Position numbers and translations under genes: made by a program. From the NCBI GenBank assembly GCA_036170915.1, contig JAVHQC010000010.1, positions 64,001 to 128,000 of the forward strand: 64,000 nucleotides of DNA. The letters run 5' to 3'. This stretch comes from Cyanobacteria bacterium auto_48_18 (lineage in GTDB: Bacteria; Cyanobacteriota; Vampirovibrionia; Obscuribacterales; Obscuribacteraceae). The notes below the pieces were generated by a model that was given only the letters and a program-made list of their open reading frames with translations, was not told the origin of the DNA and did no database searches. This document shows, in pieces, positions 36,972-47,641 of the stretch (the first letter of the stretch is position 1; each line of letters opens with the position of its first letter).

Positions 36972-39173
36972 CCTTTTGCTTTTGATCAAAAGCACAATCC
37001 TTTTTACGATTTCATCACTATCTTGATACTGCCCCTGCGGCCCAGTTGATTTGATCTTGGCGTAGGCAGCCAGGGTTTGATCAATATCTGCAACTGGCAT
37101 GGCGGCACCACTCTCTTTCAGATTACGCCAGCGCAATTCAAGCCCACCCATAAGCAAACTCATCTGCTTGGCATATTCAGCTCCAGATATTTTTGCAAAT
37201 TGGCCTTCAAGCCGCTCGATTAAAACCGCACCTTGAATTGGTCGCATGGCGTTGAAGACTTCTTTTACCGTTACCGCCTTGGCGAGGTGATCACGAGCAT
37301 TGCCCCACTGATTGTCGAGAGTGACGGTATCGTTCTTCAGATCATAATCAATCAAATTAACTACGTGGCCCGATACATTGTCTAACTCGGCCGCACTATT
37401 CAAACTTTTAAAACCAGGTTTTAAGGTAAGCAAGTCACTGTTGCCTTGCATACGTATAACTGCGTACACATCACCTTTGCTGCCCTGTTTCAGCCGGGTA
37501 AGATGCTCTCTCAGACTCTCTTCTGTAGCAATCTGTCGACCGTAGAGTTTGGTGTTGGCAAGATCTTCTTTGGTTGTAAAACTGACCAACTGTTCTGGTC
37601 GATTGCGACCAGTCAATTGCCTGTCTAATGTGACCATCATCGACACACTTGTGTCAGAAGATGCGCTGACATTTTTCGGTGGAGTAAATCTAAAGTCGTA
37701 TTCGCGCAAAAAGTCTTCCGCACTCTCAGGTGGCTTGCCCGGCACAAACTTGCGATTATCTTCTTCTTGGAGCAGCCTGCGATCACCAGGAGGAATTGAG
37801 CGTTCATTCCAGCCAGCAAGAAAGACATTGCGAGCGGCCATCTCAAAAACCTGACTAGTATAGGTGCGACTGTTAGAGCCTTTTGCATCATTAAGGGCGG
37901 CCTGTCCGTGCGCTCTTAAATTGATGGCATCCATCTCTACTCTGGTACCAGTGACGGTGACAAATTTGCCTTCTCGGGCAATCTGCGCAAGTATCGCCGT
38001 AACTTTAGAAGGCTCCTGAGCATACATACGATTTTCGAAAACAGCAGTCTGACAGGTGTTGTACGCGCCCTGATCATTTGACTTGGGGTCAGAAATCGCT
38101 CGCAGGGCGCCGTTAACCAGACGCACACGCTCTCTTTCGGTTAAAGGTTCTTTTCCTCTGGTGCCTAATATCGAAGACAAATCGCGGTAGGTTTTTGCCA
38201 CTTCATCACTACTCAAACCATCACGCGTGGCGCGTTTTTCAAAATCAACCATGTGTGCAGTAAACTCTGCTCGCTCTTTTGCCAAGACTATATTCTTGTC
38301 TGCAAATCTGATCAGATTTTCTTTTTCTCTGGCCACAGTGCCAGCAGGTTGGTCAACCCTGGTGTTCTCGAGAATGACGCCATCAGCATTAGTGACTACT
38401 TTAAAATTGTCTTGCGCCCTTGGGCCAAAGTGCTGAGCCGTAAATTTATAGCCGGCACCAGCACCAACACCTTTGCCTCTATATCCGGTGCCGTCTTTGT
38501 AAGTCAAAGTGAGAGCCCCGGTACTATCGTATACATATCGGCTGCCGCGGCTGTCATTGAAGATGAGACTACCGCTCTTGTCATGACCAGGCAAAATTAG
38601 ATTGTCCCCAGGCTTGGTGGCATAATCAGATTCTGCGTTCAACGCCAAATTATTGATCTTAGCTATTTCTTTGACATAAGCGTCAACCAAAATATCTGGG
38701 CTATCAGTTGGCATTTTGCTTCTGGCAATGGTTCTCAGTGACTCTTCACCAACGGCAACAACGGTGGAAGGTGCTATTTCTAGGGGAATTCGCGAACCGG
38801 CGATGACACTAGTGCCGTGGGCGGTGCGGAAAGAAATCTCAGAAACGGACTCAGCGACTTTTTGACTGCCCGGTAAAACTTCGGGTAAGCCTGCCGGCTT
38901 ATCGGCAGGTAGATCAACGTTTGGAAGATCTTTTCCGTCATCGGACGAGCCATTTGTCGAGTCATTGGATGAGTCAGTAGATGCACCGATGCTTTCAACC
39001 TTCAACTCAGGGAAACCTAGAGCAGAAACTCTCAGAGGTGACTGTCCAGCTTCGCCTTTCTGAAGCGGACTCTGTAGCGTTTCGGCTACGCCTGAACTGT
39101 CGCGCGCAACGGCATCAAAGGTTTCGGGAACCTTCGTACTAGCCGCTTGCGGTTGATCTGAATGTCCAGCCAA
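36963..39173 (-). CDS. LysM-like plus papain/calpain-like cysteine protease domain protein
   Basis: ESLRTIAR...IAKINNL...PGDNLILP (LysM-like); DQGAYNTC, GHVV and DNQWG as the putative Q/C-H-N catalytic set. Confidence 0.65.
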   Translation of the reverse strand: MAGHSDQPQAASTKVPETFDAVARDSSGVAETLQSPLQKGEAGQSPLRVSALGFPELKVESIGASTDSSNDSTNGSSDDGKDLPNVDLPADKPAGLPEVLPGSQKVAESVSEISFRTAHGTSVIAGSRIPLEIAPSTVVAVGEESLRTIARSKMPTDSPDILVDAYVKEIAKINNLALNAESDYATKPGDNLILPGHDKSGSLIFNDSRGSRYVYDSTGALTLTYKDGTGYRGKGVGAGAGYKFTAQHFGPRAQDNFKVVTNADGVILENTRVDQPAGTVAREKENLIRFADKNIVLAKERAEFTAHMVDFEKRATRDGLSSDEVAKTYRDLSSILGTRGKEPLTERERVRLVNGALRAISDPKSNDQGAYNTCQTAVFENRMYAQEPSKVTAILAQIAREGKFVTVTGTRVEMDAINLRAHGQAALNDAKGSNSRTYTSQVFEMAARNVFLAGWNERSIPPGDRRLLQEEDNRKFVPGKPPESAEDFLREYDFRFTPPKNVSASSDTSVSMMVTLDRQLTGRNRPEQLVSFTTKEDLANTKLYGRQIATEESLREHLTRLKQGSKGDVYAVIRMQGNSDLLTLKPGFKSLNSAAELDNVSGHVVNLIDYDLKNDTVTLDNQWGNARDHLAKAVTVKEVFNAMRPIQGAVLIERLEGQFAKISGAEYAKQMSLLMGGLELRWRNLKESGAAMPVADIDQTLAAYAKIKSTGPQGQYQDSDEIVKRIVLLIKSKRLN

Positions 39174-39271
39174 AGCTTCCTCGCTTGGAATTACAGACAG
39201 GCGCTATATTATACCTTCCTTTTATATACACAAAAAAAGCAAAAGTAGTCGCAAGCTCTTTCATCTCAGGC

Positions 39272-41836
39272 TTAGGGTTTGTAAGTTTCCACGACCACAC
39301 TGAAATAAGGTCCGTTAACCACAGGCTTTTTAGTTTCAACATAATTTTGACCATTCCAAACTATGGCCGTCAATACTGGCTTAAAAGGAAGGTTGCGTGC
39401 CAGATGAAATTGAGCGGTGTTTTGCACTGCATAACCATTGACTGCGACCACCACAACACCTTTTACTAAAGGTGATTCAGGACACAATGGGTCTTCCGAA
39501 GTAATTACTGCACCACCTGTGGGTGCTTGCTTAAAATCACTGAGCTGTGCGGTTTTCAATCCCTGAGGAAAAACTTCGACAATTTGTTTTTCACTTTCAC
39601 TTTTGAATCTTGGATCTTTATCACTGTGGCGCGCAAAAAATCCGGTCAAGTCATGCTTACTGTTATAGCGCTCCATCATGGCGTGATAGCTTTCCTCAGC
39701 TTTTTTCAAATCGCCCACGCGCTCAAAATAGCGTGCCTGCGCCTGCAGTCCGCGAGCCGAATAGACGTCGCCAGCAAAAATGGCAAGCTCTTCAGCTTTT
39801 TGCTTCTGACCATGATCAAACCGATATTGAATCAGCCAATCACTATGATTAGAAGTTGCAACATCGTCGGACCTGACGGCAATGCCTTTTTCAAAAAATT
39901 TTACCGCCAACTCTGCTCTGTCGTGGAGTACGCAATAAGTGCCAAGCTCAAAATATCTGGATGGCTGCTTTTTGGCCGTTTCTTCTTGGAGCGCAATATA
40001 CTTATCAGGATCTTTTAGTGCAGCGCTAGCTGCAATGGCTCTGACTCCTGGAATATAATCAACTAAATTACCGAAGGCCTGCAGATACTGATCGGCGGTT
40101 GCATTGTCGCCATATTTTTTCAGAACCCATTTTTCCACCAGATTCTGACTGTAAGGGCACAAAGTTTTTAAGCGCGTCAGTTCATCGAGATCAGCTTTGT
40201 AATTGGTGAGAAAATTTCGCGAATGGAAAAAGAATGCAGTCCCCATCGGTATGGCCGGATCGAACCATAATCCATCAGAGACAAAAGCAGGTTTTGACTT
40301 ATCGGCCTTAACACAATCATTGACCGTGTCCCAGTTCTCTGAAGCCACTCGTTCAGGATGATTGACCACCATCGCTTGGGCACGACTGAAAAATTCGGCC
40401 TTTTCAGTCGGGTTCAATACAAATTGAGCTTCAGCAAAAGGAAATTGATCAAGCTTAGAAAAATACTCGGTCGCTCTGCTTATGGTTTGTTTTGCCAGCT
40501 CGGGCACGGCATATCTTTTTTTATAAAAAATGTACTCCATCATCACTGCTTTCAAAATATGACGACAGTGAAAAGCGGCAAGGGTATTCCAGGGTAATAC
40601 GTTAATACCGACAGCCGGTGCGCTTGATACAGCTCTAGTTGGTGCGAGGTTTAAATCAGTGATAACTTTTTTGAAATCAGATTCACTGGCTTTATTTGTT
40701 TTGTTGTAATCGTTCAAATAGGCGCGCAATTCCGCCCCTACCAGCTTTGTTAATACCACATGACCAGACTCCACTGAGGTCTCAGTAGCCGAGATCATTC
40801 GCATCCATTCCACAGGCATAGTCGAATGATGCTTTTCTATATATGGCATCAATGACTCATCCTGGTTGTATATTGAAGAAAGGTAGCAATACTGTTTTTC
40901 TTCAATGGCTGTTTGGTTCTTTGGATCAAATATGCGGTAGTCTCCCGTCGCATTCATTTTGAGAGCCCGTAGCCAGGCGGCTACCTCTGGCTGCACCGCT
41001 GACTTCTCCATTGCCGTAATTTTTTCAACAGCAACTGAAAGGCGCCAGGAAGAGTTCTCGAGAGCAATATCGGCTATCTTACCCACTGGGCTTAATTGAC
41101 CGTGATTTAAAGCTTTCGCCAACGCTAAGTGTGCTGCTAACCGATTAAGGTTTGGACGGGTATCACAGAAACGTCCGGCCATTTCCTGTAATCCGAACGC
41201 TGTTAACAGCAAAGACGCTTGTTCATGCAGACCGGCATCGAGGGGGTGCTCAGAGAGCCCTTTTGAGATGCGCTCGTTTTCGGCGATCAGTGTTGCCATT
41301 TCGCCATCAGCCAAACGGGTTAGAAATCCGGGTGGAGCAACTGATACCGAATCTGGTGCCAACTTCAACTGCGAAATTATCGCAGTCGCCAGAGGAACAT
41401 AATTATCTGGGCTCCAGATAAAGCCCTTAAGGGCAAATTTGTGCTGCACTGTTCCAGCACCATTGATGGCATAGGCATAGCTATAAATGCCTGCGCCTAG
41501 ATCTATGGTCTGACCTTTAAACTCAAGGCTTTCAGAAACATTTTTAGCAGGAGCCTGATTATGCAATTTTGCGTAAGCTAAAATTTCGGCGATATCAAGT
41601 CCAATACTATCAACTATCCACTCTTGTTCATTTAAATATTTCCAGGCCACTGGTCGACCGCTGGTGGTCAGTTCGACCTTAAGAGGCGATGCAGCGGGAG
41701 ACGCTAAGTCGTTAGCAGATTCACTGCCCTGAGCGCATGAACATGACAGAACCAGATTGGCACTTACGACTAAGATAGCGCGACAATAACTTGAAGTAAA
41801 CAACGAACTAAAATTTCTCATGAGCAAGAGCACCAA
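39272..41836 (-). CDS. Large exported helical-repeat (TPR-like) protein with a C-terminal PDZ-like domain
   Basis: Signal-like N-terminus; YFELG..AVKFFEKG TPR-like segment; GVVVVAVNGYAVQN PDZ-like segment. Confidence 0.6.
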   Translation of the reverse strand: MVLLLMRNFSSLFTSSYCRAILVVSANLVLSCSCAQGSESANDLASPAASPLKVELTTSGRPVAWKYLNEQEWIVDSIGLDIAEILAYAKLHNQAPAKNVSESLEFKGQTIDLGAGIYSYAYAINGAGTVQHKFALKGFIWSPDNYVPLATAIISQLKLAPDSVSVAPPGFLTRLADGEMATLIAENERISKGLSEHPLDAGLHEQASLLLTAFGLQEMAGRFCDTRPNLNRLAAHLALAKALNHGQLSPVGKIADIALENSSWRLSVAVEKITAMEKSAVQPEVAAWLRALKMNATGDYRIFDPKNQTAIEEKQYCYLSSIYNQDESLMPYIEKHHSTMPVEWMRMISATETSVESGHVVLTKLVGAELRAYLNDYNKTNKASESDFKKVITDLNLAPTRAVSSAPAVGINVLPWNTLAAFHCRHILKAVMMEYIFYKKRYAVPELAKQTISRATEYFSKLDQFPFAEAQFVLNPTEKAEFFSRAQAMVVNHPERVASENWDTVNDCVKADKSKPAFVSDGLWFDPAIPMGTAFFFHSRNFLTNYKADLDELTRLKTLCPYSQNLVEKWVLKKYGDNATADQYLQAFGNLVDYIPGVRAIAASAALKDPDKYIALQEETAKKQPSRYFELGTYCVLHDRAELAVKFFEKGIAVRSDDVATSNHSDWLIQYRFDHGQKQKAEELAIFAGDVYSARGLQAQARYFERVGDLKKAEESYHAMMERYNSKHDLTGFFARHSDKDPRFKSESEKQIVEVFPQGLKTAQLSDFKQAPTGGAVITSEDPLCPESPLVKGVVVVAVNGYAVQNTAQFHLARNLPFKPVLTAIVWNGQNYVETKKPVVNGPYFSVVVETYKP

Positions 41837-41963
41837 TCAACGTATAAACCACAGTTGTAAAACCAGTTAATAATACCGCGGTCTTCGACGGTGTAATTAC
41901 TGACAATTAGCCCAGTGGAACCTGCCTGTATAATTCTAACTGCTGAGTTTAAGGCTTAGTTTT

Positions 41964-43592
41964 ATGACCATAAGCCCGCGTAATCAGTGGCCCAAAATAC
42001 TCAACCTGGCGTTGAGCGCAATAGTTTTGAATTTGAATTTCAGTTTGAATTTGAATTCAGCATTGTTGATGATGCCGGCACAGAGCCAACCAAATCACGA
42101 CAATGCCATAAGCGTTCAAGAAACAGCGCAAACCTTTCAGCGCCTGGCGCCTACCTTGCGTTATTTCGATATCAATCAAGTGCTATATGATCGCTTTCAG
42201 CCTTACGGCAAACCCAGTTACAACGGACTTCCGACAGAAGAAAAATCAGTATTTGCAGAGATCAATTCACCTCATCACAGCACCGCAAACTTGCTGCCCC
42301 TTCTAAAAGACAAAGATGCAAAAGTGCGCACACTGGCTCTGGCAGCTCTTTACGCGAAAGAAGACGCCAAGCTGCTGCCACAGTTTGCGTCTATGGTTGA
42401 CGATCATGAAAAAACATATTCAGAGCCTCTCCGAATAGCTCTGAGATCGCCGGCTAACGCTTTGCCACCGATGCAAGAAAAAACGGTGGGACAAATAGCA
42501 GAAGCCATAGTACGTTTTTATATGGAAGCAGCCGGTTATCATTACGGCGTTAAAGGTTCTGGCCAGGAACCCGGATTTAGTCAGTACTGGCACCAACGCA
42601 AAGACAGAAACTATTGCGCCAGTTGGTTTGCCATTAAACTAAGACGAGCAAGCACAGGCACAAGCCCCACCGATAAAACTCGCGCGGACAAAATTGCCTC
42701 AGTGCGAGCGCAAATCGACAAAATCTCTGGTGCGGACCGCGACTGGATTTTACTCTGGTTACAAACTGAAAATGGATTTGATCTTCTAGCCAGTGAAGCC
42801 GACATCAATCGCGCTCTCAAAAGACTAGGCGCTGATAATTTGGCGAAAATGCTGCAGCGAAAAATACCAACTACTGATCCTGATTTGAAAATGCGAAAAA
42901 GCAACGACTTCTCTTACAAAAGCTTGATGCTCTGTGTTTTAAAGCGCGCTGCTTCTCACTTGCGTCGCGATCAAGTAGACATGTTGCTTGCCTGCGATAG
43001 ATGGGAGCGCGCCTATCAAGAGCACCAGATCAGCGACCCATTGATCGGACCAAACTTTGCCATAGCCGCAGCCCAGTTAGACCCCTCTAGAGCAAATGAG
43101 CTTTTAAAGAATGAATTCGCGCGCCTTGACAAAGACTTTTATGGCTATCAAAAGGCCGAACTGGCAGCAGCCTTGTGGCAATCGGCAGGGCTGAAAGAAA
43201 CAGCATTTTTACTTAACTGCTTTTACGATTCTTCTTCTTTTTACAAGACAGGTCAATATTCTCACTTTCGTCCAGAATGGCTTAAAGCTATTGGGCGTAG
43301 CGAACACGATAGAAAACATTTGCTAAAGACGTTAATCTACGACCCCCGTTTTACCAAGTTCGCTGATTGTTCCGGCCTACAGGCTCTGATTGAAGTGACT
43401 TCAAAACTCAATGGAAAACCCACAGCTGATGCCGCTCATACAGACCACGCCTGGCATCCGCTCGGCATCGACAATTGCTGCATTAATTTGCAAGCGGCAA
43501 GTAAGCAATATCCCAAAGAGACTCAAGACCTTCTTGACGTAATGACAAAGTGGCGCCGCGAACTGCAGGTAAGTGTGGCATCATGGCCTTAA
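41964..43592 (+). CDS. Exported hypothetical protein with HEAT-like helix
   Basis: Signal peptide; LLPLLKDKDAKVRTLALAAL HEAT-like motif. Confidence 0.65.
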   Translation: MTISPRNQWPKILNLALSAIVLNLNFSLNLNSALLMMPAQSQPNHDNAISVQETAQTFQRLAPTLRYFDINQVLYDRFQPYGKPSYNGLPTEEKSVFAEINSPHHSTANLLPLLKDKDAKVRTLALAALYAKEDAKLLPQFASMVDDHEKTYSEPLRIALRSPANALPPMQEKTVGQIAEAIVRFYMEAAGYHYGVKGSGQEPGFSQYWHQRKDRNYCASWFAIKLRRASTGTSPTDKTRADKIASVRAQIDKISGADRDWILLWLQTENGFDLLASEADINRALKRLGADNLAKMLQRKIPTTDPDLKMRKSNDFSYKSLMLCVLKRAASHLRRDQVDMLLACDRWERAYQEHQISDPLIGPNFAIAAAQLDPSRANELLKNEFARLDKDFYGYQKAELAAALWQSAGLKETAFLLNCFYDSSSFYKTGQYSHFRPEWLKAIGRSEHDRKHLLKTLIYDPRFTKFADCSGLQALIEVTSKLNGKPTADAAHTDHAWHPLGIDNCCINLQAASKQYPKETQDLLDVMTKWRRELQVSVASWP

Positions 43593-44374
43593 CCACGGTC
43601 GCCTGAGGCGCGCCGAGTTAACGCGCAGACTGGGCAACCAGAGCCCTTCCCCGTGCGATTTGCAACGGTAGCCTGCCACTGATGATTTTCTTGCGGGCAC
43701 TGCCACCACACTTTCTTGCTAGATCCGGCAGTCAGTGTGTCACCATCTATAGTGCCGTTTAGAGTAGGATGCAATTGTGCCGCAATAGCCGGAAATTTTG
43801 TTGATAGGCAAGTTTCTCTGCTTGCTTTTTGGTTTGTACAGTAAGGGCAGCCACTACCCTCGGTGCGTCGCGAAATTTCTGCCTGCCAGCAATGCTCACT
43901 ATTATTTCGACAGAGCCACCAGATTTTTGTTCTAGACTTGCAAGTAAACTGACCAGCTGTAAGTTGCTCATTTAAGGTAGGGTGCCACTCAGCGGCAACC
44001 TGAGGACACAAAGCCAGAGAATTAGTAACCGAAACCTTTTTATTAGCGCAAAAAGGGCAGCCCTTACCGCCGGCACGAGAGAATATTGCGGCTTGCCAAA
44101 CATGATCTGGTCCTGCTGCACATTGCCACCAGGCAATCACATCTGAGCCGCTAGAAAAGTCCTGTGCAGTCCACTCGCCATTATTCTCAGGATGCCATTG
44201 CCCTGCCAGTTCCGGATAGTTTTCGGTGAGCGGTACAAAGTCGCGGCCGCCAGCGTAACACGAACGGTCATTCTTTACGCTGTCTGCATTGAGTTCGGTT
44301 TGCGTTCTCGGTTTACGGGCTGATGTGGCACTATCTCTCATAGATTGAATTATATTAGGGCAATTACACTTCAC
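43589..44374 (-). CDS. Zinc-ribbon repeat protein (DUF4379/treble-clef-like), three repeats
   Basis: 3 x [WHP..N...WW.C...H.WQA.I..R...G.GCP.C]. Confidence 0.85.
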   Translation of the reverse strand: MKCNCPNIIQSMRDSATSARKPRTQTELNADSVKNDRSCYAGGRDFVPLTENYPELAGQWHPENNGEWTAQDFSSGSDVIAWWQCAAGPDHVWQAAIFSRAGGKGCPFCANKKVSVTNSLALCPQVAAEWHPTLNEQLTAGQFTCKSRTKIWWLCRNNSEHCWQAEISRRTEGSGCPYCTNQKASRETCLSTKFPAIAAQLHPTLNGTIDGDTLTAGSSKKVWWQCPQENHQWQATVANRTGKGSGCPVCALTRRASGDRG

Positions 44375-44409
44375 GCAAGTTTCACATACGACTCACGATC
44401 AATTCACGG

Positions 44410-46137
44410 TTGTTGACTATAGTTACGTCAGTAATCGATAGAACCCGTCCAACTCCATGTGCAAACATGAGAGGAACGATAGTGTTGAAAAATAGCCAAT
44501 CGAGAAGATGCAAAAGCAACAATAGCAGGTCCGAGCGCGGCGCAGGAGTGCTCTTACTTATGCTTTTGCTCGCTACCCTTTTACTAGTATTTTTCTCCAC
44601 ATCAGCGGCGATACTGATAAGTTACTTCACCGCCCACCGTCATGCCACTTCTGCAATTGAAGGAGCATCGCTAGCGGCTGCCCGTGAGTTATCAGCCATG
44701 GTGGTGGCAGATCCTGACTGCGGATATATTGCGCTGGGCGATTTAGCCCCTTCATCTTCAAGCTCTTACGCACTGATAGCTGAGGACGGCAAACCGGTTC
44801 CGGTAATTGGCATAAATACTCTGACGGCAACAGCAAGAGTCAGTATGCTTGTGGCTAAACACCTAAACAATGAAGAGTACATGCGTCTGGCCAGGCTTGA
44901 CTCAGCGAAAGCAAGAGCTGCCAGCCGCAGGCTTGTTGACGGCATTAAACTATGCTTGCGCGAAGACCCTCGGGCTCCTTTGGGAAAAGATGGAAAAGCA
45001 GTGCGACCGCTCACCGTCGCCCGTAAAGCTCTTATTCAAAGCTTGACTGATTCTGGCACTTTATCAAGGGTAAAGCTGAAAGGACTCAGCCTCGATCTTG
45101 GTTACCTGTCAAATGGTGGCACCACCAATACTCCGTTGCCAATCTCAGAAAAATTGGCGGAGGTGGCAAATGCCGACAGCCAAAACGGCTGCTATACAGC
45201 GTTTAAAGATTTCCCTGTCAATGGCGAGTCTTATATTTTTGCCGCAGTTGGTAAACAACCCTGCCTGGTTTCTAAAGATCAATTTGTTCTCGACAAAGAA
45301 GCAAAAGAAACCATGCCATCAAGTATAGTGCGCGCCCAAGTAGCGCTAGAAATGGTGAGCGATAAAGATAGCGATAAAGATAGCAATAAAGGCAGTGACA
45401 ATACTTTCGGCAAAATCTTCTGTGTTGCTTGCGCCGCGCCCTTCTCGTTAACCGACAAAGCGGCATCAGGGGTAATGATAATTGGCCTGCCTGATGGTTG
45501 CCCCAGTGGTTATCTTTCCATAGCAGATTACATCAATGATCCGCGGTCCAGCCGCACCAACTTAGAAATGCTCAGAGCACAAGGTGGAGATTACCCGCTT
45601 GATGCCAGGGCAATGCTAAAAAGCGCTTCACAAGAAGGTCGCGTCAGCACTCTTTCAAATGTCTTCATTCAGGGTTTATACGATTGGGTAAGAACAGCCC
45701 ACGGTCGAGTAAAACTTGATTCATTGCTGGCAACCATCGGCAATCGCATTCAGCCATCTGAAGGACCGCTGGGCGTGGGCCAATCAGTTGTATACCGCTT
45801 TAAAAAAGATGGTGCGGTGACAGTAGACGGATATTTCCTATCGGACGTGCCAAATCAGATTGTTCATGATAGTCAGGTTTGCACACTAGGGCTAAACACT
45901 TTGCGGGCCAGCAACACCCTTTGGACAGTGGCTTTTCGCGATCAAGTGCACAATCTGGGGTTTGCTGAAAGCGGTAAACACAGTGGGCAATTAATGGAAA
46001 TCGATAATTGCTTGAGGCCAATCGGCAGTTTATACAGCAAGCCTTTGCTCAGTGCCCACAAAGATGCGGAACGCAAAACATATTTTGACGGCGGGCTAGC
46101 TGTTGAATTTGTAATCTCATCTCCCCAATATCAATAA
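44410..46137 (+). CDS. TadG/TadE-like pilus-associated protein (start uncertain)
   Basis: ERGAGVLLL prepilin-like cleavage site plus TM helix; AIEGASLAAA Tad N-terminal motif. Confidence 0.6.
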   Translation: MLTIVTSVIDRTRPTPCANMRGTIVLKNSQSRRCKSNNSRSERGAGVLLLMLLLATLLLVFFSTSAAILISYFTAHRHATSAIEGASLAAARELSAMVVADPDCGYIALGDLAPSSSSSYALIAEDGKPVPVIGINTLTATARVSMLVAKHLNNEEYMRLARLDSAKARAASRRLVDGIKLCLREDPRAPLGKDGKAVRPLTVARKALIQSLTDSGTLSRVKLKGLSLDLGYLSNGGTTNTPLPISEKLAEVANADSQNGCYTAFKDFPVNGESYIFAAVGKQPCLVSKDQFVLDKEAKETMPSSIVRAQVALEMVSDKDSDKDSNKGSDNTFGKIFCVACAAPFSLTDKAASGVMIIGLPDGCPSGYLSIADYINDPRSSRTNLEMLRAQGGDYPLDARAMLKSASQEGRVSTLSNVFIQGLYDWVRTAHGRVKLDSLLATIGNRIQPSEGPLGVGQSVVYRFKKDGAVTVDGYFLSDVPNQIVHDSQVCTLGLNTLRASNTLWTVAFRDQVHNLGFAESGKHSGQLMEIDNCLRPIGSLYSKPLLSAHKDAERKTYFDGGLAVEFVISSPQYQ

Positions 46138-46200
46138 GCAAGCACCTTTTGATACAAAGTCAGTTCACGTTAGTTAGAGCGGCACGCGCTAGAGGTTAAA

Positions 46201-47529
46201 ATGAAAAGATCCCCCGATCAAAAAAACGCTACATTTCGGTCAGTTTGCAGCAAAATATTGGTTGCACTCGCTTTGCTGGCAAGCACTATGCCGCTATCAT
46301 CAGCGGCTCTTGCCAGCGGCGATTTTGGACCGCATCGATATTATGTTTCGAAGAACGGAGACAACACCACCGGGCGCACATGGGCCACAGCGTGGAATGA
46401 AATGGACCAGATTCGTTGGACCGCTATCAACACCATGCAGGGAGATTCACTCACCATCGATGGTGGCGTCGGCCGTATGATTTATCGCAAGCCTCTCTCA
46501 GTGCAAGCCAGTCCGGGTAGCTACTATCCGCTGCGAGTGGCGGTCTCAACCGAAGCGAAACACAATGGCCAGGCGGTGATTGCACCCGGCAGTGACGCTA
46601 TCGGCATCAATGTCAGTACTGGTGCTATACAGTTAAACGGCTCCAAACGATCCGGCATTTTTGTCTACGGTGCCAAACGCGGAATCTCTGTAACGGCTTC
46701 AGTACCGTATCCATCCAACATCAAAAATATTGAAGTATCACATTGCACCGAAGCCGGAGTGTTTGTGGGTCCATCCTATTATCCGCTGCCTTTGAGCCAG
46801 CTGATTGTGCACGACAATGCCACAAACGTGGTTTCAACACACAATGGCACCCCTGGTGGTGCATCACTGAGTAAATGCTGGATCTATAATTCAACGCCTA
46901 AAATCAACTCAGATGGTGTGCGCTTAGATGGCACCACTGGCGCTCCCAGTAACGCCATAGCCATTAGCAACTGCGTGCTCGGCCCCGGTTTGCGCGACGG
47001 CCTCAATAATACAACCGCGGCAGCCACGCCAACATTGACCAACTGCCTGCTAATTAACGCGTCGCGAAACAATGTTTCATCAAACTCGATCAATTTACAG
47101 AATGTCACTTCCTTTATGACCAGACTAAATGCCTCGCAAATGTCGCATAACTGCATCAAGCTCCAGGGCCCCGCAAGCGGCTACCCTTATCAGCGCGGCA
47201 GCAACATAAAACAAACAATTGCATTTGGCGGCCAGGTAAATATACCGCTGACAATTCCTTCACCTTATCCGACTTATCCACCAGCTCCTCCTGTTGCCTT
47301 TCCAATTACAGTGGAGAAAAACACCCAGTTTCGCACCACAGGCAATACCTCTGTCTTGGCGCCAACTATGGTCAACCCGCAATTTGTCGCTCCAGTAGGT
47401 CTTTTGCCGAATCAGACACCAATTCCGATTCTAATGGGTTTAGATTTCTCTTTGAGGCCAGATTCGCCGGCTGCTGGAACCGGCTCAGCCGTAACCTCAG
47501 TAAAGCAACTGCTGAGCTCATTTGAATAA
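46201..47529 (+). CDS. Secreted right-handed beta-helix (pectin-lyase-like) protein
   Basis: Signal peptide; YYVSKNGDNTTGRTWATAW start and DFSLRPDSPA end, typical of PbH proteins; Asn-rich repeats. Confidence 0.7.
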   Translation: MKRSPDQKNATFRSVCSKILVALALLASTMPLSSAALASGDFGPHRYYVSKNGDNTTGRTWATAWNEMDQIRWTAINTMQGDSLTIDGGVGRMIYRKPLSVQASPGSYYPLRVAVSTEAKHNGQAVIAPGSDAIGINVSTGAIQLNGSKRSGIFVYGAKRGISVTASVPYPSNIKNIEVSHCTEAGVFVGPSYYPLPLSQLIVHDNATNVVSTHNGTPGGASLSKCWIYNSTPKINSDGVRLDGTTGAPSNAIAISNCVLGPGLRDGLNNTTAAATPTLTNCLLINASRNNVSSNSINLQNVTSFMTRLNASQMSHNCIKLQGPASGYPYQRGSNIKQTIAFGGQVNIPLTIPSPYPTYPPAPPVAFPITVEKNTQFRTTGNTSVLAPTMVNPQFVAPVGLLPNQTPIPILMGLDFSLRPDSPAAGTGSAVTSVKQLLSSFE

Positions 47530-47572
47530 CTAGACTGATTCGAATAGTTAGCACAGTTGTGAGCCGGCATCG

Positions 47573-47600
47573 GGAACTTTTTCTGTCCACAGCGGTCATA
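47573..47600 (+). promoter_or_regulatory. Candidate ECF-sigma promoter
   Basis: GGAAC-N17-GTCATA upstream of the GGAGA RBS and ATG 47642. Confidence 0.4.
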
Positions 47601-47641
47601 GCTACCGCAGTGAATAGCGACTCAGCATTGGAGAAAACCCG

